From Octopus bimaculoides (Eukaryota): a stretch of 64,000 nt of DNA. The position numbers and the translations under genes are program-made. Below the pieces are notes generated by a model that made no database searches, was not told the origin of the DNA, and worked only from the letters and a program-made list of their open reading frames with translations. This document shows positions 51,095 to 64,000 of the stretch, piece after piece (positions within the stretch are counted from its first letter, which is position 1; each line of letters opens with the position of its first letter). The stretch covers positions 38,769,582-38,833,581 of the forward strand of contig NC_068988.1 in assembly GCF_001194135.2 (NCBI RefSeq), written 5' to 3'.

Positions 51095-51674
51095 CCTGTT
51101 ATTGAAACCCTAAAACGTGTGTGGGCAAAAACATTAAAGGTGCAATGCTATACTGATTGCATATCACAGTTCCAGCAAAACTGGTTATTCTCAAATAACC
51201 AGAGGCAGTTTTTTTTAGGAGTTTTGGAGGAGATACAGAAGATAATATACCTCCTGAAGCAGATTTTAGAAAATATCTGGGAGGAAGAAGTTTCCTACAA
51301 CCATGATGCTGAGTGGATTCATTCTGTGAGATCCAAACTCCATCATCTAGAGGCTCCATGACGAGACCATGTGCACATGGCTGATGATGTAATTGCACTG
51401 GTATCAGAACTGCTAAACTGGAAAAAGGCAGGACCAAATGGAATTCAAGGCTACTGGATCAAGTGGTTTAGGTCAACACACAAATGAAACTTTAGAAATA
51501 CCTTACAACCTAGGTGTAATGCAAAAATCGGCACTACTTGGAATTGCACGAACATTGCATAAAGTACTGTTGGCCTGAGGTCCTTGTTGTGACTTGACAG
51601 GTAGTACAAACCCCTGGTATACACAATATCTTCAATGAACAACATCATGATATTGGATACTGTGCGATGTCTTA

Positions 51675-51709
<35 letters not shown>

Positions 51710-51717
51710 TAATAATA
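51095..51717 (+). mobile_element. Internally deleted R4/Dong-like LINE with (TAA)n tail
   Basis: Pre-RT peptides QFQQNWLFSNNQRQF, IWEEEVSYNHDAEWI and LNWKKAGPNGIQGYWIKWF are joined almost directly to the C-terminal LEIPYNLGVMQKSALLGIARTLHKVLLA* (stop 51576-51578). (TAA)n at about 51676-51717. Confidence 0.85.
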
Positions 51718-54700
51718 GGGCACTGGCCTCAAAAGAGTTAATGTTTCTATTGAATGAGGACAACTGAAAGAAACTAAGTGCTCACTAGGTAACTGTGGAG
51801 ATTAGTTCAATTAACAATATCCTTCCCTAAAAATTTGTGGCCTTGCACCAATATAAAATAAATGCATACATACAATATGTGTGTGTATCTCTCTCTATAT
51901 ACACACACACTCATGTATATATTGAAGAAAGTATGTTAATAGTTATGTTGTTGTTTAGCCCCATATTAGCTCTAGCTGAATAGATTTGTGATCAGTCATT
52001 CTAGATCTTTTTTTTTCCTTTGACATAGTGCATCTTGGACTACATAATCCAATATATTGTTCTCTTTTTATAATGATAGAAGGTGATTTAAAGAAGATTT
52101 GGCTACAATTGCTTGTAATTTAAGATTCCTGATAAACTTAATAACAGTATGTTGTTGGTTAGAGCAGTCTATGATCAAAAGCATTCAATGGCCATTACTT
52201 ATTTTTGTTTATTGTCTAATACATACATTAAGATGCCAGGGTGTATTTTGAGGCAAATTTGGTTGCTACTTCTAGCAGATTGAGCAACAACATAAAGGAT
52301 TCCTTGCAGACACATTGATAAAAGAATTGATTAGTGGGTGGAGAAATCAGTTGAGAGTCAAACAAAAAAAGCCTTGCAGGATTTAATTAACATCTCTTCA
52401 AGTTCCAGAATTGATAAAATAAGTAGCAGAAATATGCTACTAATTAATTGATTAAATAAACTATACCTGTTCCCTTTTAAGTATACAGGTCTTGTGCCAA
52501 TGTTAGCAATTTACCAGTTGGTCTTAAGCTATACTTTACAACCCACTGTTCAAATCTAGAATTACACTGATTATAGGAATGCATGCAGCTGTTCTGGACA
52601 CATATTTGCCAACACATTTAATTTTAGTGTGATGTTTTAATAACTAGGAATAATCTTGCTGTTTTTAATGACAAAACTGGCTGCTATAATAATGATGTTT
52701 TAAAATAAGAGAATGGCTGTTTGGTTCAGAAACCACTGTTCACACTAATTGATGATAAGACTGATGCTTCAACTATTAACAGATTCTCTGGCATTTCTGT
52801 GTATACTTAGATGCATTATTGACTATACATGAGAGACTTTTGTGTGCAATGAGAACAAAGCCTTTAAGTTAATAAATTGACTGATCAGGCGCTCGAATCA
52901 GTCTTTATCAAGGTTGATTACTGACTTCAGCTTACCCGTTTGGACAGATTTTGCATTTGATATTGTGTAGCCCTAGATCAGTCTTATCTGAGCCATCTCA
53001 GCTATGACCATCCTTCCTTTTAATCTGACATACTGTATCTACGTCTGCACCATCAAATGTTGGTGTTTTAGTCGCAGATCAACCTTGGTCCAGCAGTGCT
53101 TTTATATATCAAAGACAGCATTGCTGAAGAATGTATAGCATGACTTGAGCCTCCCTTGATCATTTGGTCATTCAACTTGCTATCTGTAGTAGGTTGAATA
53201 ACTGCAGAGAAGCTCTCCTGTTGGTTTGTTATTACTTTTGTTTTCTAATTAAGTGGTTCATTATGTGACAGTTTTTGCCAACTTATCTTTTAGAGGAGGG
53301 AATGTGAAAATCCTTAAATCAAAATTAAATTTGTTCCCTAACAGAATATCAACAACATTACCATGACTTGTTGTTCACTTTTGATTCCTGGTGGTTATGG
53401 TAATAGAAACATCTAGAAACATTTATGGGAAGAATAACTATTTTAATTCTGTCAGGTCTACAAGAAGTCTTGAACTAAATACAAGTTAATGAAACATTAT
53501 TTTAATTATACATTGGTTCCACTAACAGTAGTTTGTTGTATTCTTTCCATTAATTGTTGTTATTTGAAATACATGTCATCCTATGACATTTTTCTCCATT
53601 TGTACACTACATACGTTCATTGACATTATACAGCCATAGCAGTACAGACAACTATCAGTCTGTCTGTTGTGATGTCCAGCTCACCACTTACGGTTCAATC
53701 TATATCGTTATTGCATTCTCTTTGTTGACTTCAGATTGAGTTTAAAACGAAAGACCTAAGTATGCCGTAAATGACATTGTGGCTATTGATGATTCTGTAA
53801 ATGCTTCTGATAATACAAAATTGAGGTGAGATCAAAAGAATAAAGATCTTCTCTCTTGTTAATGCAGTTGAGTGGGGTTGGGAACAGAACGTCACAGAAT
53901 TTAGCTTTCTTCATGCAGGCTGTAATGAAATGTGAGTTAGCTGAGCTAGATTACATTGAAATGATCCATTAAAACACCCAAGCACACATGCACGCGACTG
54001 TTTAAGAAGTTCATTATAGTCATTTAGTCTTGGTTTGATCTTGCTACTGCTTGGTACTGCAGGTGAATGTCTTCTATGATAGCTTTGGTTTGACCAATGC
54101 TTTGTGAGTAAAATTAAGTAACTGGGAATTGCTCTTTGGATGTGTGTATATATGTTTGTGTATGAAATGTTTGTGCATTGAATGACAAAAAAATTGGGGC
54201 ATTAAATGAAAATACCTTGTGGCACTTCAATCCATATCAGTTGTTTTCTGTTCTTCTCTGAGTACAAAATGTATACAAAAATGATGGGGTTGACATAATT
54301 GTGAAAAAGCTCTTGCAAATGGTGCTCCAACATGGCCAGTCCAATCAGTGCAATCAGTAAGAGAATATATGCTCTTTGGATTTCTTCACATATTTCTGTT
54401 CATTTCAGACTCAGCTGCTTCATAATATAATGTATTAACTTTGTGTGTATAACTTAGTCAGATGAGGCAGGGTAGTATCCATAAACTTAAGAAACCTTGA
54501 CTAATAGGTTATCTTCAGATTGGATGTTTGTGCTGAACGTTTCCAACAGAGAATATTCTGTTCAAGATACCCAAAAGTCTAGGTGCTTGTTATAGATGTT
54601 AATCTGGTGATGGATTAAGTCCACCACACATCAAAAGTAACAGTTCTTTCATCTGACTGACTTTTGTATGGTTTTTGTTGGTCTATACAAAGCTATGATA

Positions 54701-55515
54701 GAACACTCTTGCTCAAGGGGACATGCAGTGTCATTAAATCTAGAAACTATTTGGTAACAAAGTTAATTTCTTAACTGTGTGGCCATGCCATTTCAGTTGG
54801 ACACATGGTAAATGTTGAAGCGAGAAAAATGTTTTAAAATAGCCATGGACAAACTGGTTTCAGAACAAGTGATCTCATAGTTTTAGTTGTCTGACATCTA
54901 ATTATATTAAATTGTTATTTAAACTGAATGATGACTTAACTACCACAGGTATAACAGTTGTTGCCAAATCCTGAACTGTAAGAAACTGCAGTTCAAATAA
55001 TGTTGTTTTGGGGCCCTAAAACTTGAACTAAGCTCTTTTTTGTGCAGGAAATGAAGTTTACTCCCATTTTAGAAAGAAATTTTTCTAAAAAGACTTCCTG
55101 TTTGCTCCATGTGCATTTATGTTCTTGTTTGATCAAGTAAATTTCTCCGGATTTTTCTCCTTCAATTTTTGGGTTAAATGTGATACCTCAAACGTGAATT
55201 AGAATTTGGTGGGTTTTATTTAATGATTTTATTTACTTTTCAATAATTTAATTAATTAATCAATGTCCAAGAATGATATAAATATATTTAGAAACACTGG
55301 GGGGTGTAAACTACTTAACCTTATTCAACTTATATGGGCAGGTGAAAGTGACATAATAAAATTCAAGTACAAACTAGATTCACAATGAATACCAACAATT
55401 ATAATACTGGTTTGGCAAATTTCATCCAAATTCTTGGAACAGTTATATTTTCATAATTTTTTTTTTTTTTTTGTACTGGACTGACTACATATCATCAAAA
55501 TCTCATTTCTAACAG

Positions 55516-55601
55516 GATTAGACAAAGTCGGACTTTAAGAGTTAAAAGCCAGCCATATGCTTTAGATCCGTTTGGTGATCTGTGGCAAAGGTCAGTTTTA
55601 T
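55516..55601 (+). other. Candidate internal coding exon
   Basis: Acceptor tctcatttctaacag, donors AG|gtcagt (55590) or T|gtaagc (55601). One frame is open: IRQSRTLRVKSQPYALDPFGDLWQ(RSVL). Two CpGs retained. Protein not recognised. Confidence 0.3.
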
Positions 55602-57042
55602 GTAAGCATATATAGCGTGGTTTATCAAAAATTTGGACACTCCCTTTTTTTTTTTTTATCACAAACTGATACAAAATCATTGGTTTTCCCCAATGTTTCT
55701 TCCTTCTCACCAGTCTTTTTGTTCCACGAATTAAAAAAAACAAAAAAACAAAACAAAACAAACAATTCATTATTACCCAAAGCAGTAGATTAGTAGAATC
55801 ATTACTTTGTTGATTAAAATGCCTTGCTGAATTTAGTTAGAATCCATTACATTTTGATCTAAATTCTTCCAAGGCAGACTTTGCCTTTCATCCTTCTTGG
55901 GTTTGTAAAATAAGTCCTCGACAAGTACAAGGATTGATTTAATCAATTATTCATCTTCCTCAGAATGTCATAATAATCAGTATTTTATTGCACAGTATGA
56001 CTGTAAAACAATAGCTTTTGTGGGTTTTTTTTATCTTCTTCAAGCTAAGTGGCCTTGAATGTGTGCTACTCTAAGAGGGGGAAGATTTTTTTGTTGTTGT
56101 TGAGTACTTGCATCCCTGATTTAATGTTCCGACATTCCAAGTGACACAATCATGTTTTTGGAATTGGATTTAACACTCCATTAATAACTGGTATGACTTT
56201 CACTTCAAATCACAAACACTTGACAATGTCATGTTACAACATAAAAACCAAGTACACTGCATCTTTCCACTATCATGTTTATCATTTAGGAACCATCTTC
56301 ATAATTGCTCAACCTTCTATAAGCAGCAGCCATATCTCCCTCAAATGACTCCCTTACATCGTAAATGAGGAAACGCTACACTAGATAATATAGTTCTACA
56401 TAACCTCTAAAACAATCAGATGATCATTGTTAGAATGCCTTTCATTATAGCCCTGCTTAATCTGTGCTGAGTTTGAGCAACACATCAACAACACTGATAA
56501 TTTCATTCACTATCATATGATGCATTACTTCTTCACTTCAGATGTAATATACTGTATAGCTTATTAACTGTATAGTTGGTGATCTGGCCTGTCCAATGCC
56601 CAATAAATCTATATTGGTGTCTTCGCTTAACAATGCAGCAAAACTCTGTGGTGAACAATTTCAGAAACCCCAATGATATTGCATATAAATGTACTACTAT
56701 TCAGAATATCATCATCAGTTTTGCATCATTTGACATCCACTTTTCTATGCTTGCATGTATCAGATAGAATTTGTTGTGGCAGATTTTCTATGGCTGGATC
56801 CCCTTCCTGTCACCAACCCTCACTTGGAAACAAGTGAGGTAGTGTTTCCCATAGCCAGACATGATTTTCACAGAAGACTTGAAACAAACATCATGTATAA
56901 TGGTGTTGCTTATTTACAACCATCACCTGATGTCAGGACAAAGCTACATGCAAACATGCACTCACATACACACATATAAATATTTATGTTGGGCTTCTTT
57001 TAGTTTCCATCTAAGAAATCCCTTCACAAGGCTTTGGTTGGT

Positions 57043-58781
57043 CAGGGTCCAAAGTGCCAATGAGTTGGCCTGCACCGATGATCACATGGCTACACTTGTG
57101 CTTACGATGCAAATTAAATAATTAAATCAAGTCACTGATTGATGCAGAAGTTGAACTCTTGCTGGACATTCATGAGTCTTCTGCCAATCCAGACATGGAT
57201 GGCATTGACGATGTGGATCCCAAGGCTGCGGATGTGGACAAAGTTGAGTACATCTCTGTTGATGCCGTCCTTGATCAGTCCAGCAGCCTGGACCTCAAAC
57301 TGCCAGTGCACATGAAGGGCACACTCCATACCTTCTTCTTGGTAGTCAGCATGGGTGGCGACAAGGCTTTTGACAGCGCTTTATTTAAGTCAACCTACAG
57401 GAAGGCCATGTCCAAAGCACAGCGGGTGTGGAATCTGCACAGCTACTGCATGATAACGGCAGACAGCTGTCTGGACATGTTGAAGAGGAGGCTAACAGAA
57501 CCAGGTGGAACTCTACCTATGACTCTGTTGTTGTCCTCAACGACCTGCAGGAGAAGAATAGGGGTGCTATCCACAGCATGATTACACAGCTGAAGCTGCA
57601 AACCTTCACTGATTCTAATGTCGGCTTCCTGACGGAGTACGTCCAGGTGATGTCTAATGTTGCCAAGGCCTTGGATAAAATCTAGTGGGTGGACCAGGCC
57701 TATCTCAGGAGCCTTATGCCAACTATGGCGGCTACTGTCATGAAGTTGAAAGAGACCAAGTTCAAGCATTTCCTGTACTGCAGTCCTCTGGTAGACGCGA
57801 TACTGGGAGGCATCACAAAAAGGTTTGGGCTCCTCCTAGAATACCTGGAGTGCCAGCTGGCCACTACCTTCCACCCCAAGTTTTACCTGTTCTGGCTGGA
57901 GCAGTATAATAACAGCCAGGTTAGCAGAGTAACAAAAGCTATGGAGACTGTTGTAGAGACAGCCCTAATGGAGACCAATGAGGTGCGCAACAGCACCACC
58001 AGCAATAAGGAGGAGGAAGATGATTTCTTCAGCAGCATCACTCAGTTTTGGGAGAGCAGGATCCACGGGTCACTGAAGTCTAAGGTGCAGAACTTGGTGA
58101 AGACCTGGCTGGAGGCCGTCTCTAAGGAGGTCCTGACTGAAGTCGCTTTTTGGGGTGAGCAGGTGTTGATCGACCTGTTCACCAAGTATAACACCACCAT
58201 CCCATCCAGTGCTGCAGTTGAGGGCCTATTCTCTTTAGGCAAATATATTTTGAGAGCCAAGAGAGCCACTCTGTCAGATGGTAACTTTGAGAGGCTGATG
58301 TTTATGAAGGGCAACCAGCATCACATCAAGGCAATGGAGAAGGCCCAGCCAGAGTAGTACACATAGATCATAATCTGATCTTGGCATAATACCTATGCTA
58401 TACTATACCTTTTTGATTTGTTTAATACTTTTTGTACAATAAATAAAGTATATGTTGACTGAAAACTTAATGTTTAATTTCATTTGTTCATTTAATTATT
58501 TGTGTACATTTTGATCATCATCTGATCTTGGCATGCTATACTTTTTTGGAAAGCTCTATCTGTAAGCTACAATATGAAAATTTCAGCTCTCGAGGTCTGT
58601 TTTTATGGGTTTTAGGGCCCAAAAACCAAACCAAAGCTAAATTCATATGATAAAAGTTAGTGGTAGCTTCTGCTAATATTTTATAGCTGTTTAGCAGATT
58701 AGTATTTGCAAAGCTAACTTTTTTAGTTAGCAGATTAGTGGTTAGAGAAGCTAACATTTTGGCTAGCTGTGCCCACCACTG
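57043..58781 (+). mobile_element. hAT (Ac/Tol2-like) DNA transposon, 5'-truncated, transposase pseudogene
   Basis: Peptides LPVHMKGTLHTFFLV (degenerate CxxH), RTRWNSTYD, KALDKI*WVDQAYL..LMPT and SSAAVEGLFSLGKYILRAKRATLSDGNFERLMFMK (hAT dimerisation domain, stop 58355-58357). Frameshift near 57495 and in-frame TAG at 57683-57685. AATAAA at 58438. Subterminal gctaa repeats and right TIR ...tgtgcccaccactg ending at 58781. Confidence 0.92.
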
Positions 58782-61548
58782 TTTACAAGCATATTCTTTG
58801 TATAGGCGGTGGGGTGTGTTTTGAGGGATATTCAGCTGCTGTGTCTAGCATGTTGCATGGCCATGTAGAGGCCTCCCAGTCTTCTGTTGTGGTAGTTGAG
58901 AGGTGACTATTGAAGCTTTAATTATATATTGTGTCAGCCTGTTGGTCAAGTTGACACTGCATATAAATTAAAAGCTCAAATTACAAATTGAAGGAGTGTG
59001 GTGGGTGAGAGGAATCACCTAGAATCAAACCTGTTGCAAAATTTCCATATCTGCAACATCATGCCTACATGGTGTGGCATGCCATATTATTATGTATAAG
59101 CTGATGAAAACTGACAGAACAAGCAGCAGTTATTTATGTATTATTGCTATTGTTTTGATTGAGGCGTGTTGTACTCCGTAACAAACAGAATTCCAAACAG
59201 ATGGAAGTGAATAAGTAAGATTCGCATAGTTAATTTGGAACTAGTTAGTTGTTGTGTAGCTCCAAGTTAGCTGGCAAGGTATGACCAAAGACGTTCCCGC
59301 TGTGGCCATTCTGTTGTTTTCATATTTTCATATTCGTGGGACTACATTGTTCAGAGTGTTCATCATTGAAGATGGCAGGTTGTAGTTTGAGGGGTATTTT
59401 GGTGTTACCTCTTGCAAGTTAACTAACTGCATATAGGCTCACAGAGATTAGTAAATGGAATTCATGTAAATGTTATACATGTTGTCAGTCTGTAAAACAG
59501 TGAGAAGAACCAGTTAGTCAGCAGGTAAACCAACCTTTCTGGTGCCAGATCAGAAGCAACAAGTCAGAATGAACTTATGTTGGAGTTACTGGGGAGAAAA
59601 TATTGAGAAGACATTGTCTGTTTGAAATCAGTAATTCTATTTATATTTTAATTCATCTTCTCGGTATTATTTGCACATTAGTGCACAAACTAGTACATGC
59701 ACAGATGCACACTAATCTTGGCATTTTCCTGATTAATGAGTTAGCAAACATTTGGTTTTAAAAGAACAAAAAAAAAAGAGTTTGAAAAAATCCTCTAAGG
59801 TGGGGAGGAATGGAATATTGTGTGACATTTCTCAAAAAAGTGATTTGTTTGTTGAAGCAAGAAATTCTGTTATAGTTCAGGTCTGCAATGAAATGTCATG
59901 ATGTATTCAAGCATTGACTATCAATAATGTGTACAAGCTGTCTTATGTATGTATATATGTATGAATATATGTATATGTGGTGTGTGTGTGTGTGTGTGGG
60001 GGAGTTGTGCACACATGTGCAATGTTACTATCCATCTGCTGTGTCTTGTGTTCTGAATATAAACATGAAGGTATTGCATATATATATTTTTTTTTATTTG
60101 AATTTTAGAAAATTTTATTTTTTAAAAAGAAAATATTGATTTCTCTGTGGCCTCTAGGTTTTGTTTATACAAGCAGAATAAAAATTTGTGGTGTTCATAC
60201 ATTTTTCAGTGTTTCTACTCTAGGGAAACCTCTTATGCAATCTATTGATCTCTTAGAAATAGTAGCAGAATCTTCCTCAAAACATCTTTGCTGTGTTATA
60301 AAAAATTGAAAGGTCACATTAAATGATATGCTTCTAGGTATCCTTAAAGAAGACGAGATGTTAACAGTTGGAATGTCTAGTCACAAATTTGCTCAATCAG
60401 GGTTAATGTGAAGCTTACACATATAGCATATAGGTGCATATGTGGCTGTGTGGTAAGAGGTTTGCATCCCAACCACATGGCTCTGGGTTCAGTTCCATCT
60501 GGGGCAAGTGTCTTCTACTATAGTCTCAGGCCAACCAAAGCCTCAAAAGTGAATTTGTTTGGAAACTGAAAGAAACTCGTATGTATATACATATATATAT
60601 ATATATGTGTGTGTGTGTATCTCTGTGTTTGTCTCCCCACCACCACTCAACAACTGGTGCTAGTGTGTCCAGGTCCTTGTAGCTAAGCAGTTTGGCAAAA
60701 GTAACCGATAGAATAAGTACCAGGCTTAAAAAAATAGAAGTACTATTGGTTGATTCATTAAACTAAAAATTCAAGGCAGTGTCCCAGCATGGCTGCTGTC
60801 TAATGACTGAAGCCAGTAAAAGAATAACTATATATAACAAAACAAACTGGCTGAATAGATTATAATAATAACCTATTGACTGAATTATGAATTCAATTCC
60901 CCTGTGTTTTTTGCATTTGGGTAATATGCTGTATTCTACATGATCTCTGAGTAGGGATTAGATCCTTAGAGAATGTTACCTGAAAAATTTAGGGGAATAT
61001 ATTTTTTATGCTTCTTATGTCCAAACCCTAGTTGACAATATTTTTTTGATGTTGTTGTTAAACCCCAGGTCAGCTCTGATCAAGTGGACCTATTATCAAA
61101 GGCATTTCTTCAATGCTCATTTCGTATATCAAGGACTAACTTCATTGTATAATCGCTTTTTTCTAATAGATATATTTTAAGATGGTGTATGACACAATTC
61201 CGTATACAACATGACCTCCATATTCTCCATTTAAAATTTTTATAAATTTGCTCAGTTAACATGTGGGAGGGCTAAACATATACCAATGTATGTCAGCTGT
61301 TGCAAATGGCAACTAGTGTGGTTCAGCTATGGTTTGCTGTGCTGTTATTTTAAAGTGTGTTGTTAGATGTATAATAATCTTCATCATTTCAGCTTCCCAG
61401 ACATACCTGTAAGTTTCAGTTGAAACCTAAATAATTTCTGTGTGGAAGGCTTGTAGTAGATACAAGAGTGTTCTTCACTGTTATTCTCCATTATGATTGC
61501 AACATTCTAAACTTCAAAGTGTTAAGGCTAAGATATTATACATGGTAT

Positions 61549-61770
61549 TTAACCATTCAGGTTACTCTGTCAAAAGTAATTTGTATATATTCGCATTGTT
61601 TTGAATTAAACATGCATTACTTTGTAGCTTCAAGACTTCAAGATGTGGCTGTTTATTTTTAAAATGACATTGTAGGATAGGATGCTGGCAGACCAGATCT
61701 GGTTGATTTGAACATAAAACAGGTAGCTTATTTGGGCCAGATATTGTTGGTTTAAATACCAAAGGGTTAA
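61549..61770 (-). mobile_element. piggyBac-like MITE
   Basis: TTAA at 61549-61552 and 61767-61770; reverse of the 7829 family. Confidence 0.8.
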
Positions 61771-62340
61771 ACAATCCCTGGTTTGTGGAAAGGTTGGTTT
61801 TTTTTTCCCTTTCTTTTAAGGTTTAAACTCCTGCCTACACACTATCACAATATTTACATTTACAGTGTTTTGTTTGTCTTCATATCTGATCTGATTGTCA
61901 TCTGGCCTGTTATTCCTGGACATATTTACATTACCTAATATGTACATGTTTGAGTGTCAATAGTCTGGTGGATAATTTTACAACCCTCAGGTAATACTTA
62001 AGTCTACAGGAATATAACAACTTTGATGACAATCAAAGATCAAACCAATCAAAATCTAGTGCAAAATAGTGCAAAAATGAACTGAAAAAAATAAAACTTT
62101 TCATCTCTTAAGATGGAGTTAGTAGTGAAAAGCTTTGTAATTGTAGATTTTGTAAGCAGATCTTTGATTAAAGGTGATCCAGCCTTGATTATCCTCTCTC
62201 CTGCTGCATATCTATGTATATCCATGATTACATTACCCAATGGGTTTTTCTTTTCAAGACAGTAAGCAATAAGTTAAAATGATCTTGTAGAAAGACAAGT
62301 TGCAGCTGCTATTGCTAGCAGGTCATGCAACCATGTAGAG

Positions 62341-62662
62341 CAAGGGTTGTCAACACTTTTTTGTCTATGGACCCCTTTGATTATTTTATTCTGGTGGACC
62401 CCCATGGCCATTTGATGTTTTAAAACTAGTTTTATAGAAACTTCTTTCAAAATTGCTCTTTTATTTTTCCCACATTAACTTGTGTAGGTTGAGCTATGTA
62501 AAATGTTAGAGAAAGAGACCTAATTTTCTTGCAATACATACCAATACATCTTAAGCAAATTTTTTTCAGAGGCCCTTAAAATACAATTGTAGATCCCCAT
62601 TTTACTATTTTGTTGTGTGAACCCCTCCCCAATCTTAAATGGACTCTGGTTGAGAACCACTG
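62341..62662. mobile_element. hAT (Charlie/Buster-type) MITE, same family as 3135-3464
   Basis: TIRs caagggttgtcaac / ggttgagaaccactg, with a perfect 8 bp TSD atgtagag (62333-62340 and 62663-62670). Inserted in an abundant older repeat (gctgctatt.ctagcaggtc..gc.acca.gtagag). Confidence 0.9.
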
Positions 62663-64000
62663 ATGTAGAGGATCCCTCACTGATTCATCTTTATAATAAT
62701 TTCTATGTATGATTCCCCACCCTCAGTTTTGACTAAATTAGATGTCTATTGGTTTGATGTAATCAGTAAAGAGAAGACCAGTTGGGAAAATCAGTAATGT
62801 GATTAAATTTCTGAATGAATAGTCAACAATTTGTATCTTATTATTAGTCTTGTATTGTGATCATAGAGGTATCGGGACAATTGCTCAACCTATGTTACCA
62901 CATTGACCTATAATTATTGAGTTGGAGGACAATTGTCTGTTGGTCAGTTATCCTAGAACTGGCCAAGACACTTGACTCTCAGATGGTCTAGTTCACATTA
63001 CTGTTAATGCACACCATGAATTGATATGGCACAATACTAAGCAGTATGATAAGAATGATCTTTTTCTAAACTGACTTGTCTTACACACATTATCTTACGA
63101 CAAAGTAGGTTCTCTTTAATTTAATAAACATACATGTATGCCAATGGTATGAAATTAAAACTAAAGTTGCTGTTTACAACGTTTAATTATTCTTTTATTT
63201 TAAATGGTAGTTTTTATTTATTTATTTACTAATTTATTTTCTTGACATATTATGGGGTTGGATAAATTTATATACATTATCTTTTTTTATGGACTATTCA
63301 GAAGATTTAAAAACAAAATCTCATCTCTGCCACTGTGGAATCAGCAGTATTGTACAAGTCTACTGCTTTATACATTTACCAAACACCTGGAGGCAAACAT
63401 CTGCTGCTATCATCTGCATGTTATGAGCTGTTTGAGATTTCTCATGGAAAAAGTATCCTCCTAAACAAAGACTGCATGGTAGTTTTATTGCACTCATAGA
63501 TGACATTAAATAGAGATGCATGCATTTCGGAGGACATTGTTGAAGAGGTAAAGCAAGACCTCATTATCAATATGCTTCTGTGGAAACTGATATGGACATT
63601 CATGGGTTAGCCATCTTGCAAAACCTTTCATTGACTAACTTCCTGAATGCTATTTGTGTTCATAATAGGTGGTGTGATTGAGTTGAACAAATCCAATTCA
63701 AATAATGAAAGGCAGCAACCATGACACTCTGGGGTCCTTAAGATTAGTGAGTCTGTGTTTTGGAAAGAGAAACCACTCCTCATTAGTTGTACTCTGTCCC
63801 ATGGGTTCCAACACAGTTTCTGTCTTGTAAATTTCACTTGCAAGGTTTAAGTCAAGGCTAATTTAGAAGACACTTGCTCAAGGTGTTTTACTGCTAGAGC
63901 TAACCCAGGAGCATGTGACTGTAATTAAAACTCCTTAAGCACTTGTCCATGTCTAGACTTATATGGCTGTGACTGTATCATAGTGTATCTGGGGGAATTT

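Noticed and set aside
57159-58357. Three GC-rich ORFs read as separate host genes or a domesticated ZBED gene
   Set aside because: They are consecutive pieces of one hAT transposase broken by a frameshift and an in-frame stop, with a TIR downstream and the 5' end lost.

Overview
This is AT-rich, microsatellite-dense eukaryotic DNA, very likely from an octopus (coleoid cephalopod), judged from its tRNA-derived SINE families, its RTE-type LINE tails and its repeat landscape. No intact host protein-coding gene, rRNA, tRNA or CRISPR array could be confidently recognised, and nearly all listed ORFs are microsatellite or repeat artefacts. The well-supported content is mobile elements: two inverted mariner copies with different internal deletions (16181-17304 and 33291-34416), a GC-rich 5'-truncated hAT transposase relic (57043-58781), a Buster/Charlie hAT relic (47945-48546), and LINE relics of R4/Dong type (two), CRE type and RTE type. 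There are also at least three SINE families and hAT, piggyBac-like, mariner-derived and Tigger-like MITEs, several with clear target-site duplications. The most notable unexplained structure is a roughly 7.8 kb CpG-retaining domain (about 23.15-31 kb) between CpG-depleted flanks, containing promoter-like motifs and candidate small exons. Tight inverted SINE pairs could form dsRNA if transcribed. There are two assembly gaps, and the second is flanked by a 178 bp exact duplication that is probably an artefact. All exon calls are low-confidence inferences from splice signals only. Repeat-copy coordinates are approximate unless a TSD is quoted.
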